This document shows, piece by piece, positions 10,115-19,353 of a stretch of 51,218 nt of DNA. A model generated the notes under the pieces. The model had not been told where the DNA came from. It made no database searches and worked only from the letters and a program-made list of their open reading frames with translations. The translations under genes and the position numbers were made by a program. The stretch's first letter is position 1; each line of letters begins with the position of its first letter. Location: contig CAYPTT010000001.1 of the NCBI GenBank assembly GCA_964413835.1, positions 1-51,218 on the forward strand, written 5' to 3'. The DNA is from an uncultured Candidatus Saccharibacteria bacterium (lineage in GTDB: Bacteria > Patescibacteriota > Saccharimonadia > Saccharimonadales > Saccharimonadaceae).

Positions 10115-11861
10115 ATTAGTAGTTGAGATTTTGTTATGCTTGGTTTTGGCTTTGGCTCCACTATATCGGCCATTATGGAAAAGTTGGCGAAATCGACAAC
10201 AGAAAAAGACATCCAGCAAGAAGCGACCAAAGCAAGCGAGACAGAAGCAAGCGGAGGTGAAGCGTTTTAAGTGGTGGCGTTCGGGATGGGGGCGTGAGAA
10301 TTGGTGGGCGATTGTCGCAACCGGAATTTTATTGGTTGGCTGTGCGGTGCGGCTAATAGCAATTGAAAAATATCCGGTAGGGCTTAATCAAGATGAAGCG
10401 TCCGTAGCCTACGAGGCGTATGCAGTAGCGAATTACGGAATCGACCGAAATGGTAATAGTTGGCCGGTGCATTATGTAGCGTGGGGGAGCGGACAGAACG
10501 CATTTTATGGATGTCTAATTATGCCGTTTGTAAAAATCTTTGGACCAACAACTTTTGCTATGCGTCTGCCAATGGCAATCCTGAGCTGCATAACTTTGGT
10601 GGTGGCATATTTTGTATTTAGAAGAGCTTTGGGCGAGAAAAAGTCATTAGTTCTGTTGGCGTTTTTTGTGATTGCGCCGTGGCATATAATGAAGAGTCGG
10701 TGGGGGTTAGATTGTAACGTATTTCCAGATTTAATTTTTTGGGCGATTGCAGCAATTTATTATGGAGTAGTGGAGCAGAAACGTAAGTTCTTTATCTTGT
10801 CTAGTATCATTATTGGTTTGTCGGCATATTCATATGGAACTTCTTATGTATTTATTCCAGTGTTTTATCTGGCGGCATATGGATATTTGATTTGGCAGAA
10901 GAAGTTAAGCTGGAAGGACGCGATATTATATATAGCCGTAGCGGGTGTAATTGCGGTACCGATGGTAATATTTGTAATTATCAATTATTTTAAATTGGAG
11001 ACGGTACATTTGGGGCCAATCACAATTCCAAAGTTAGACTACAATCGTTTTGCCACGATTACAAGTATGAATGGTAATTTTCTAAGCAATTGCTATTATA
11101 ATTTGCGGGAAGCCTTGAAAGTAACCTTAGCGCAAGATGATGGAATAGCATTCAACGCTATACCATATTTTGGGTTATTTTATAGTTTCTCTTTGCCTTT
11201 TATTATTGTGGGCTTATTTTACACAATTTACGATCGGAAAATCTTCGGTCAGCTAGTTAATGCTTTTATGTTAGCGGCAATTATGGTGGCAGGATTTGTC
11301 GAACCAAATATTAACCGCGTAAACGCATTATGGATACCGATGATGTTCTATCTGGGTTATGGGGTTTTGAGAATTTGTAATAATAGAAGGAATTTATATC
11401 TTGTCTGTGGCTGCTATGGAGTAAGTTTTGGTTGGTTCTTGATGGTGTATTTTGGGTCCTATCAGAGAATGCTGCGTGAAGAGAATTTGACTTTTTATGG
11501 TTTGGAGGAAGCAATAGGTTTTGCAAACCAAGAAGATGCGGAGAATATTTATATCTCTGAGGAAATTAATCAACCATATATTTATTATCTTTGGTATATA
11601 GCGTATGACCCAAACCTATATTTGGAGCAGCGGACGATTACCGAAAAAGAAGTAATGTTCCAAGAGATCCCAACAATTGGGAAGGTAAGTTTCCGGATAC
11701 CGGAAAAACTTACGAAGGATAAGGTTTATGTTATGGAGCGAGCACGTTTAGAGGATTTACTGGCGCAGAAGAAGGTGCGAGGTAAACTAGAGGATGACGG
11801 AACTATAAAACTAGAAGATTTTGAGATGGCGGAGTTTGGGAATTATAGCGTATTGTATTAA
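10107..11861 (+). CDS. ArnT/PMT-like GT-C glycosyltransferase
   Basis: GLNQDEAS loop, MRLP, PWHIMKSRWG; multi-TM with a soluble C-terminal domain. Confidence 0.8.
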   Translation: MLELVVEILLCLVLALAPLYRPLWKSWRNRQQKKTSSKKRPKQARQKQAEVKRFKWWRSGWGRENWWAIVATGILLVGCAVRLIAIEKYPVGLNQDEASVAYEAYAVANYGIDRNGNSWPVHYVAWGSGQNAFYGCLIMPFVKIFGPTTFAMRLPMAILSCITLVVAYFVFRRALGEKKSLVLLAFFVIAPWHIMKSRWGLDCNVFPDLIFWAIAAIYYGVVEQKRKFFILSSIIIGLSAYSYGTSYVFIPVFYLAAYGYLIWQKKLSWKDAILYIAVAGVIAVPMVIFVIINYFKLETVHLGPITIPKLDYNRFATITSMNGNFLSNCYYNLREALKVTLAQDDGIAFNAIPYFGLFYSFSLPFIIVGLFYTIYDRKIFGQLVNAFMLAAIMVAGFVEPNINRVNALWIPMMFYLGYGVLRICNNRRNLYLVCGCYGVSFGWFLMVYFGSYQRMLREENLTFYGLEEAIGFANQEDAENIYISEEINQPYIYYLWYIAYDPNLYLEQRTITEKEVMFQEIPTIGKVSFRIPEKLTKDKVYVMERARLEDLLAQKKVRGKLEDDGTIKLEDFEMAEFGNYSVLY

Positions 11862-11887
11862 GAGTGGGAATGGGGATTCTCGGAGAC

Positions 11888-14098
11888 TTACTTCTGCTTG
11901 ACGAGCGACCAACGCTGAGCGTTAGTGGAATTTTTCTCCCAGAGTTGAATATTGGCACCATTATGTGCAATACCTCCGCTTAAATCAAGGGCTTTTTGCG
12001 AATCGCAGGTAGAGAGGAACTGATAGATATCGTCGTCATTATCATTGACGGCGACAGCATACCAACGTTGAGCACAGGTATTATTCTTTTCGTAAATCTG
12101 AACGTTAGAGCCATTATACATAGCAGCGTTATAAACATCGAGGTTTTTGTCAGACTTTGGGTTAGTTAGAGTATAATCACCAGTCTTGGTATTATATTTA
12201 ATCGTCCAGCGCTCCGATTCCCCACCGTGGAAACTCCAGCTCGCCACGTTAGCACCATTATGCGTATAGGCAAAGAAGACATCAACGGCTTGCGACTGAG
12301 AGGCTAACGAAACAAGGCTATAAGTGCCGTCAGAAATTGATTGAGAGACCTTCTTGAAAATCCAACGCTCCGAGAGACCATCATGGACGCTCCAGGCTTG
12401 GATGTTAGCACCATTATGGTTTTCACCACCATAAACATCTAGGGCATAACCCATGGAACACGAAGAAAGTATCATATAGTCGTTGCCACGCGGAATGATT
12501 TTCCATTTTTGAGCACAGGTATTGTTGGTTGACCATAGGTTAGCATTAGCCCCTTGATAAGCCCGGCCACCATGAAGATCGAGGGCTTTACCGGTGGCGG
12601 GGTTGATAATTTTGTAAGTATCAGAGTTTGCATCATACTCGAGTAACCACTCCTGGTAGGCACCATCGTGCATATCCCAGAGGTTAAGATTAGTACCATC
12701 TTGTTCAGAGTTATAATGAATATCAATACCGCGCTGAGTATTAAAAGCCGATGGAATATAATATACGCCATTATCAATAGTTTTGCCAGCACGGAGGTGC
12801 CACTTTTGTGCTACGCCGTTATTAGTGAGCCAGATGTTGATATTATCACCAATTCTCGCAGAACCGCCGTAAAGATCCATAGTCATACCACTGAGACAGG
12901 CTGATTCAAACGTTAGTTCCCCATTGCCACCAGATGAATAAATTTTCCATTTTTGAGCACAGGTATCGTTTCGTTCCCAAAGTTGAATGTTGTCACCTTG
13001 ACTAGCATTACCACCACTCACATCTAAGGCTTTGCCAGTTGCGACATGAATAAATTGGTAATATCCATCGGTAGTGTTTTTGATTTGCCATTTTTGGCGA
13101 AGGTCGTTAGGATTATGTTCGACAACTTGAATATTAGTACCATTTTTATTGCCATCAGCAACCCCAAGCGCGCGCGAATTGGAAATGCCAGAAGTGAAAG
13201 TATATTCACCTTCGGGAATATTGATTGCCTCACCGTCTATAGAGGCATGTGGGTTACCAAACCATTCAATATAATAACTATAAAAGTTGCGATTACCATA
13301 TGCACTGCAACTATCGCCACTACCACTCAGGGCAGCCCGATTAGGTTGATACGGAGTATAGCGATAAAGTGCTGAGGTAGCGCGGTTTTCTATATAAACA
13401 TTCGTGCCGCCACAGTTGCGGTTAGGGTTATATTGAACATAAACAGTCTGATAGGCGGGGTAATTTGACCAGCCACCATCAAGCACAGTGCGGAATAGAT
13501 TGGCGGCGCGACGAACTTGGTTTTTAAAACCATAATATTGTGAACTGCAACCTTCACCACTATCAGGGCAGCCAAAACCAGCAGCCTTACGATAATCGGA
13601 ATTATTGGGAATAGGATCAGTAATAAGACTCTGCTCTTTTTGTAGCAAAACAATCAAGACGCGAGGATTAATGCGGTAATCCTGTGCAGCTTGATAGATA
13701 ACTTCAGCGGCAGTTTGCCCACTACCAATAGTTTCTCCGTCACCAAAACGCTCTTCTGACAGGCAGACGAAGTGACCGTCGTTCCAATGCCAAGCATAAC
13801 CAGGTTTTTTGGAAAGCTCAAGATAGTAATTATAGTCTCGATTATTACAAGGATTCTTAGAAGTAAGAAAGCGTTGGATGTCGTCAACGGACATAGATTT
13901 ATAATCAGCCATAATTGCATCACTCATAATATTCCCCGCGCTAAAACCAGTGGTTGTAAGGGCGGAGGTATTCTCTGTATTACGCGTGGCGAAAAAGGAA
14001 AAAGTTGCCGCCATGAAAAAGACGAAAACTAAACACAGGATAGTGTGGTATTTAAGGGTTAGTTTGGAAAATAGATTTAATTGAGTATTTTTAGACAT
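11888..14098 (-). CDS. Secreted protein with N-terminal cell-wall-related domain and three ricin-type beta-trefoil lectin domains
   Basis: Signal peptide; INPRVLIVLLQKEQSL, GFGCPD and LYRYTPY domain; repeated ALDV..G.N.Q.W...AQKW (QxW) units. Confidence 0.85.
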   Translation of the reverse strand: MSKNTQLNLFSKLTLKYHTILCLVFVFFMAATFSFFATRNTENTSALTTTGFSAGNIMSDAIMADYKSMSVDDIQRFLTSKNPCNNRDYNYYLELSKKPGYAWHWNDGHFVCLSEERFGDGETIGSGQTAAEVIYQAAQDYRINPRVLIVLLQKEQSLITDPIPNNSDYRKAAGFGCPDSGEGCSSQYYGFKNQVRRAANLFRTVLDGGWSNYPAYQTVYVQYNPNRNCGGTNVYIENRATSALYRYTPYQPNRAALSGSGDSCSAYGNRNFYSYYIEWFGNPHASIDGEAINIPEGEYTFTSGISNSRALGVADGNKNGTNIQVVEHNPNDLRQKWQIKNTTDGYYQFIHVATGKALDVSGGNASQGDNIQLWERNDTCAQKWKIYSSGGNGELTFESACLSGMTMDLYGGSARIGDNINIWLTNNGVAQKWHLRAGKTIDNGVYYIPSAFNTQRGIDIHYNSEQDGTNLNLWDMHDGAYQEWLLEYDANSDTYKIINPATGKALDLHGGRAYQGANANLWSTNNTCAQKWKIIPRGNDYMILSSCSMGYALDVYGGENHNGANIQAWSVHDGLSERWIFKKVSQSISDGTYSLVSLASQSQAVDVFFAYTHNGANVASWSFHGGESERWTIKYNTKTGDYTLTNPKSDKNLDVYNAAMYNGSNVQIYEKNNTCAQRWYAVAVNDNDDDIYQFLSTCDSQKALDLSGGIAHNGANIQLWEKNSTNAQRWSLVKQK

Positions 14099-14668
14099 TT
14101 ATAGCTCCACTTCGTCCGTTATGATACCGTTTTTATTGTCACCCGAAAGGGTTATTTCGATTTGATAGGTCCCAGCGGAAAGTTGTGTAACAGGAATAGA
14201 AAACGTATTACAGGCAGAAGCAGAAACATCAGCAAAGGCATCCACAGTGTCTTGATATATATCAATACCATTACTACTGCGTAAAACTAATGTGCAACTA
14301 CCACCAGAAGCGAGGTATTGATCAATTACGGTTCCTACATAGAGGATGCCTTGATTGATGTTTTTGTATGTGACACAACCAGTGAGTGAGGGCAGATCAT
14401 TAACATCTTCCCCTTCGTATTGGATTGGTGAATTATCCCAGGAATGATCGTCCTCTGGATTGGGTTCGTCACGAGATGAAGTATCGGGGGAAGTGACAGT
14501 GGAATCAGCCGATGATGAGCTAGGCTGATTAGATTGTGGTCGACTAATGAAGAAAATAGCAAAAGTAATAGCCGCAACAATAAGAATAATAGCAAAAAAA
14601 GTAATAATAACGGGCGGGCGACGATAGAAGGGGGTACGATGAAGGTGAGATTTTTTGTTTGTGTTCAT
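14099..14668 (-). CDS. Membrane-anchored hypothetical protein
   Basis: One N-terminal TM helix, S/T linker, beta-rich C-terminal domain with Cys residues. Confidence 0.7.
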   Translation of the reverse strand: MNTNKKSHLHRTPFYRRPPVIITFFAIILIVAAITFAIFFISRPQSNQPSSSSADSTVTSPDTSSRDEPNPEDDHSWDNSPIQYEGEDVNDLPSLTGCVTYKNINQGILYVGTVIDQYLASGGSCTLVLRSSNGIDIYQDTVDAFADVSASACNTFSIPVTQLSAGTYQIEITLSGDNKNGIITDEVEL

Positions 14669-14842
14669 ATTCCTGCCTTTCTTGAGATAATTTTAACACG
14701 CACACTGAGGTATAGTCAATACAAAAAGTGGGATTTATTATATAATATGAAAAGTTTTTAGAAAACTGTTTACGTTTGCAAGTTTATGGGTATTATGAAA
14801 TATTGGCGGTATTTTTTAAAAAATCGTGGGATTTTTATAGAA

Positions 14843-15169
14843 TTATCCCAGCTCTAGACCTAGGATGGCGGCAGCGCGGAGGAGGATATCACGTTCGTCA
14901 GAAGTGGCGGAAGAGAGGCGCCGCTGGAAGAGTTCGGTGGTTTCGGGAAAAGTTAAGTCCACAACTTCGAGCGAACGGGCGGCGCCGGGAATTTTGCGCA
15001 AAGCACCTTTGGCGACAAGATTGTCAATGTGCTCAGCCACCGCTGAAACAGAGCTTAAGCCTAACGCGGTGCCGATTTCGCGAAATGACGGTGATTTTCC
15101 CTGTCGATTCGTATATTCAGTGATAAATTCGATAATTAATGCTTGTTTTTTAGTTAATTTATTCTTCAT
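14843..15169 (-). CDS. LexA-like winged-helix repressor lacking the peptidase domain
   Basis: LTKKQ..I..FI, SPSFREIGTALGLSSVSAVAEHIDNLVAKGAL, ARSL; only 108 aa. Confidence 0.8.
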   Translation of the reverse strand: MKNKLTKKQALIIEFITEYTNRQGKSPSFREIGTALGLSSVSAVAEHIDNLVAKGALRKIPGAARSLEVVDLTFPETTELFQRRLSSATSDERDILLRAAAILGLELG

Positions 15170-15211
15170 ATGCTATAATTATTATAGATTACGAGGTGAG
15201 TTAAGTCAAAA

Positions 15212-16954
15212 ATGCAAAAGAAGACATCAATTGACGGTTTAGCTGTGCGCACGCCTGATAACAGGCGCGTTTCTAGCAGTGTGGGTGCGCGTGGACATAA
15301 AGTGATGGATGTAGCGGCAAGACCACGACGCATAGTTAAGAGTAAAGCCTCTGAACAGAAGTTAAGTCAATCAACAGCACCTGGTGTGGATTTAATGTCA
15401 GGAGATACTTTAACACAGAGTCCTGATGATTGGTCAACTCTTGTAGACGAAGTAAATCAAGCGGAGCTTTTGGAAGGTTTCACAGACAATGAGATAGAAG
15501 ATGATAATTCTTTGGTGGGGGGTGACGAAGAGGATATGTTGACGATTTTCGAGGAGGAAGAAGAGAAAAAGGACGACGAACCTAAGAAAAAGCAAAAAGA
15601 AGGAAAAAAAGAGAAAAAGCCGAAGAAAAAAGATAAACATCGTAAACGTAAAATTATTTTAATTGTGATTTTTAGTTTGCTGGCAATCCTGCTCGCGGTA
15701 GCAATGATTTGGGGAGATTGGATTATTTCTAAATTAACTGGAGGGAATTCGGGGATTTTTGATGCGATTGCTTCCCTAGTTTCAGATGCAGTACCTTTTG
15801 AAACAGATGAGAATGGACGTACGAACGTCTTAGTTTTTGGCACGGAGGGTTACAATATGGATGGTGATACAGGAAACGGCGGAACACATGATGGAGCAGA
15901 TCTGACAGATTCAATTATGATTATTAGTTTTGATCAAGAAACAAAAGACGTGGCGCTAATCAGTTTACCACGAGATTTGAAAGTGCGGAAGGCATGTTAT
16001 GTTGGGAAAGTGAATGAAGTTTATACTTGTAATAATAGTAATGGCGAGAATGAAAAAGCCGGCGCAGAAGCGTTAGCGGAGCAGGTAGGTGAGATTTTTG
16101 GGATAGATTTCCAGTATTGGGTGCATGTAAACTGGGGGTCGCTAGTGGAAATTGTAGATACATTAGGTGGAATTAATGTAACGCTCGATGAGGATGTAAA
16201 TGATAAATATTACACGGGGATAGTTGCAAAAGCAGGTGAGCCGATCCACCTAGACGGCGTACAGGCCGTAGGATTAGCGCGTGCACGCCATGGGACCACA
16301 GGGGGAGATTTCTCGCGCGGGAATAGTCAACAGAAAATTTTGATGGCGATCGCACAGAGAGTGGTCGACCAAGGAATTGGCGTGACAGAAGCGTTCAATT
16401 TGATTAATATATTGGGAGATAATTTACGTTCGAATTTTTCGACAGACAATTTTAAATCTGGCGTATATTTACTCTCTGGTTTTGATCCGAACAGTATGCG
16501 ACAAGTGCCGTTAGTAGATTACGAAAATAATATATATTACGTCAAAACAGCGACGATTAATGGGATTTCATATGTCATTCCACAAGAAGGTGAAGGGCGA
16601 TATGCAAATATTCAGGCTTATGTAGATAAAATGATTAGTAGTAATCCGGCGATGAGAGAAGATGCAACAATTGCGGTTTATAACGCCACGGAAACCGCAG
16701 GGGTAGCCGGAGCGGAAAAAGAAAAGCTAGTAAATGAAGGTTATGATGTGGTTATGGTTGGCGATGCGGATGCTGGAAGTTGCGATGCAGAGTTTTGCAT
16801 ATACGATGTATCTGGCACAATGCCTGCCACCGTCAAAGCCATGGAAGATAAGTATGGTGTAAGCGCGCGCGGAGCAGAAGAGTTACCAGCATCAGCTGCC
16901 GGAAGTGGGGCGGATGTAGTGGTAATTATTGGAAGAGTAGTGGAAGCGGAGTAG
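15212..16954 (+). CDS. LCP (LytR-CpsA-Psr) family protein with C-terminal LytR_C domain
   Basis: NVLVFG, TDSIM, SLPRDL, ARAR..GDFSR..QQ, VYNAT..AGVA; single TM helix. Confidence 0.9.
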   Translation: MQKKTSIDGLAVRTPDNRRVSSSVGARGHKVMDVAARPRRIVKSKASEQKLSQSTAPGVDLMSGDTLTQSPDDWSTLVDEVNQAELLEGFTDNEIEDDNSLVGGDEEDMLTIFEEEEEKKDDEPKKKQKEGKKEKKPKKKDKHRKRKIILIVIFSLLAILLAVAMIWGDWIISKLTGGNSGIFDAIASLVSDAVPFETDENGRTNVLVFGTEGYNMDGDTGNGGTHDGADLTDSIMIISFDQETKDVALISLPRDLKVRKACYVGKVNEVYTCNNSNGENEKAGAEALAEQVGEIFGIDFQYWVHVNWGSLVEIVDTLGGINVTLDEDVNDKYYTGIVAKAGEPIHLDGVQAVGLARARHGTTGGDFSRGNSQQKILMAIAQRVVDQGIGVTEAFNLINILGDNLRSNFSTDNFKSGVYLLSGFDPNSMRQVPLVDYENNIYYVKTATINGISYVIPQEGEGRYANIQAYVDKMISSNPAMREDATIAVYNATETAGVAGAEKEKLVNEGYDVVMVGDADAGSCDAEFCIYDVSGTMPATVKAMEDKYGVSARGAEELPASAAGSGADVVVIIGRVVEAE

Positions 16955-17003
16955 TGGGGGGAATGTTTACTTATGATTATTATATCTGGCGCTAGGGTTA
17001 GGG

Positions 17004-17462
17004 TTAAGAAATTTTTTCAATAATTAGTTGTCGTTCTCTACCTTCACCCTCGGAGTGAGTGGAAATATCTGAGTAATCTTGAGCGACCTTGTGTACTACG
17101 CGGCGATCAGCGGCGTTAAGATTGAGACGTCGTGAATGACCAGTGATGCGCACCTCGCGAATCCATTCTTCGGCCTGTTCAGCGATACGTTCAGCGCGTT
17201 GGCGCTTGTAATCCGCTACGTCTACGTTAACGCGAATAAGCTCTGCTTCTTTGCTAACTAAGGCCTGCGAAACGATATATTGCAGAGCGCGAAGATTGTT
17301 AGCTTCCTTACCAATCAAAAGTGAATTCATTGAAGTTGATGGGATTGCTAACTGAATAACTTCATCATCAACTGTAGAATCCACGGCAACATTAATACCA
17401 AAGAAGGATAATAAATCCTCGAGATATTTGGTGGCGAAGCGAATCGATTCATCTTTATTCAT
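17004..17462 (-). CDS. jag: Jag/KhpB-like KH-R3H RNA-binding protein (short form)
   Basis: LLIGKE..NLRALQY, RRVVH, SEGEGRER; located downstream of yidC. Confidence 0.85.
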   Translation of the reverse strand: MNKDESIRFATKYLEDLLSFFGINVAVDSTVDDEVIQLAIPSTSMNSLLIGKEANNLRALQYIVSQALVSKEAELIRVNVDVADYKRQRAERIAEQAEEWIREVRITGHSRRLNLNAADRRVVHKVAQDYSDISTHSEGEGRERQLIIEKIS

Positions 17463-17473
17463 ATTTTTACTCC

Positions 17474-18577
17474 TTATTTATGACTTTTCTTTGGCTTCCT
17501 GCGTGCACCACCCTTACTTTTTGCACTGATTTTAGTAATATGCGTACCGCCAGCGTCGCGAGACGAAGCGGCTTGACGACCGGCGCGTGATTTTTTTGAG
17601 TGTTTGTTATCAACCAATTCAGCCTCTTGAATTTTATTGAGCTCACGCACTACAGCTTTGTCAGCAGAAGCTTCCATTTCGGACTCTTTTTTCGAAAGGA
17701 TGTATTTTTGTTGAACACCATTAATGGAGGTACTAATTAAGTAGTAAAAGACCAGTGCACCTGGAAGGTTAATCATAAAAAGTAGCATGAAGATTGGGGT
17801 GATTTTTGACATCTGGTTGGACATTACGGCATTTAATTCACTTTGATCAGGCTCCTTACCATCAGCAGCATCTTTCATGATTTGGCGAAAACTGCGAGAT
17901 TTTTGAGATTTTTTGGATGGTAACTGATGTGATAAAGTGTAATATTGAATAAAGGTGGAAGCTAGAGCGAATACCAGCATAACTATGGCACTAATCGAAG
18001 TGAAACCTGGGCGAGGGTCGAGATCAACTACGCCAAAAAGTTTGGGATGAAAATCGTACTCAGGCGCCATAAGATCAGTGTTTTCAGAATCTTCTTCTTT
18101 GTTCTGATTATATTCAGATAATTTATCAAGGTAAACTTCTTGTGAATTAATCACTTCATTTACGCGACCGATTTCTCGAACTACCGGATAGGCGCGAATG
18201 CTGAGGTTGTCCGACGTGGTTGGAAGCACCATGACGCGTACTGCAGTATAGAGAGCGATAAAAATTGGTAATTGAATAATCATCGTTAGTACAGAGCGAA
18301 ATGGTTTGATGTTATTGCGTTTATAGAGATCCATCATTTGCAAAGATTCAAGCTGACGATTGCCGTTGCAATTCTTTTTGATCTCAGCAAGCTGCGGCTG
18401 AATTTTGCGCATGAGGCGTGTTTGATGAAGTTGACGTTTCATTAAAGGCCAACAACAAATTTTAACTAAAACAGTAAACAAAATAATCGCTAGGCCAAAA
18501 TCACCCACTACGCCATAAATAATAAACAAAATATTCGTGATCGGACGAACAATCAACATGTCAATTAACTCAAACAT
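17474..18577 (-). CDS. yidC: Membrane protein insertase YidC/Oxa1
   Basis: GLAIILFTVLVK, IQPQLAEIKK, IQLPIFIALY, LPGALVFYY; conserved rnpA-yidC-jag order. Confidence 0.93.
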   Translation of the reverse strand: MFELIDMLIVRPITNILFIIYGVVGDFGLAIILFTVLVKICCWPLMKRQLHQTRLMRKIQPQLAEIKKNCNGNRQLESLQMMDLYKRNNIKPFRSVLTMIIQLPIFIALYTAVRVMVLPTTSDNLSIRAYPVVREIGRVNEVINSQEVYLDKLSEYNQNKEEDSENTDLMAPEYDFHPKLFGVVDLDPRPGFTSISAIVMLVFALASTFIQYYTLSHQLPSKKSQKSRSFRQIMKDAADGKEPDQSELNAVMSNQMSKITPIFMLLFMINLPGALVFYYLISTSINGVQQKYILSKKESEMEASADKAVVRELNKIQEAELVDNKHSKKSRAGRQAASSRDAGGTHITKISAKSKGGARRKPKKSHK

Positions 18578-18613
18578 AGTGCTATTATAACATACCTTAT
18601 CAGTTAATAATAC

Positions 18614-18955
18614 TTAACTTATGAGACTACGCTCTAATAATTCGTGAATGAGGCGGCGAAGCTCACGAAAAGGCATGTTTTTGATTGACTGATTAAAGAT
18701 TACAAAAAGGCAATCCTGCGGACGGTTAAACTGCGGTAGCTCGAGACGAATTGCTTCATAGACGCGCCGACGAATACGATTGCGGCCGACGGCGGATTTG
18801 AGAACTTTTTTGGATATAACAACACCAAAACGTTGATAACCACGTTCGTTGGGTGCAAAAACAAGTGAAATCAGTGGCGTACGAATGGTTTTCCCTGCTT
18901 GATAGGTATGATTAACACCACCACGCGAGTGAAAACGATATTTTTGCGAAAGCAT
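18614..18955 (-). CDS. rnpA: Ribonuclease P protein component
   Basis: RFGVVISKKV..AVGRNRIRRR motif; synteny. Confidence 0.95.
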   Translation of the reverse strand: MLSQKYRFHSRGGVNHTYQAGKTIRTPLISLVFAPNERGYQRFGVVISKKVLKSAVGRNRIRRRVYEAIRLELPQFNRPQDCLFVIFNQSIKNMPFRELRRLIHELLERSLIS

Positions 18956-18970
18956 ATTTATATTATAGCA

Positions 18971-19108
18971 TTAGGCAGCAAGACGAGCGCGACCTTTGAT
19001 GCGGCGGCGCTTAATGACTTTTTGCCCAGCTTTGGAACTATTGCGCTTCATCTAACCATGCTAAACAATGCGTTCGCGTGGATGGGGCTGATAAGTACGT
19101 TTTGGCAT
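18971..19108 (-). pseudogene. rpmH: 50S ribosomal protein L34 with two in-frame TAG codons
   Basis: Manual translation MPKRTYQPHPRERIV*HG*MKRNSSKAGQKVIKRRRIKGRARLAA*. TAGs at 19063-19061 and 19054-19052. Canonical position between rnpA and dnaA. Confidence 0.85.
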
Positions 19109-19109
19109 A

Positions 19110-19350
19110 ATATTTAACTCTTTCTATGTAATTTAACAAATTCTTGTTCTAGTATACATTAGATTTCCACTTTTTTCAAGAAGTTTTCCACAGCTAAATC
19201 AGGTTTGTGAAAAAGATGGTGGAAAACTTTACCCCTGTAGATGTTTTTTTTATTATAACATATTTAAAATGTAATTAGAAAGCTGTGGAAAAGTCGGAAA
19301 TGTTTGGTATAATAGGGGTAGTTAATGATTTGTTAGAGAGGTAAGGAGGT
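19110..19350. promoter_or_regulatory. oriC upstream part / divergent rpmH-dnaA promoter region with DnaA boxes
   Basis: TTTTCCACA, TGTGAAAAA, GTGGAAAA and TGTGGAAAA motifs; TGGTATAAT about 40 nt before dnaA; AAGGAGG RBS. Confidence 0.8.
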
Positions 19351-19353
19351 TTC

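Noticed and set aside
18971-19108. Genome-wide amber recoding
   Set aside because: TAG ends dnaA, glf and the LCP gene at expected lengths, and the other conserved genes are uninterrupted.
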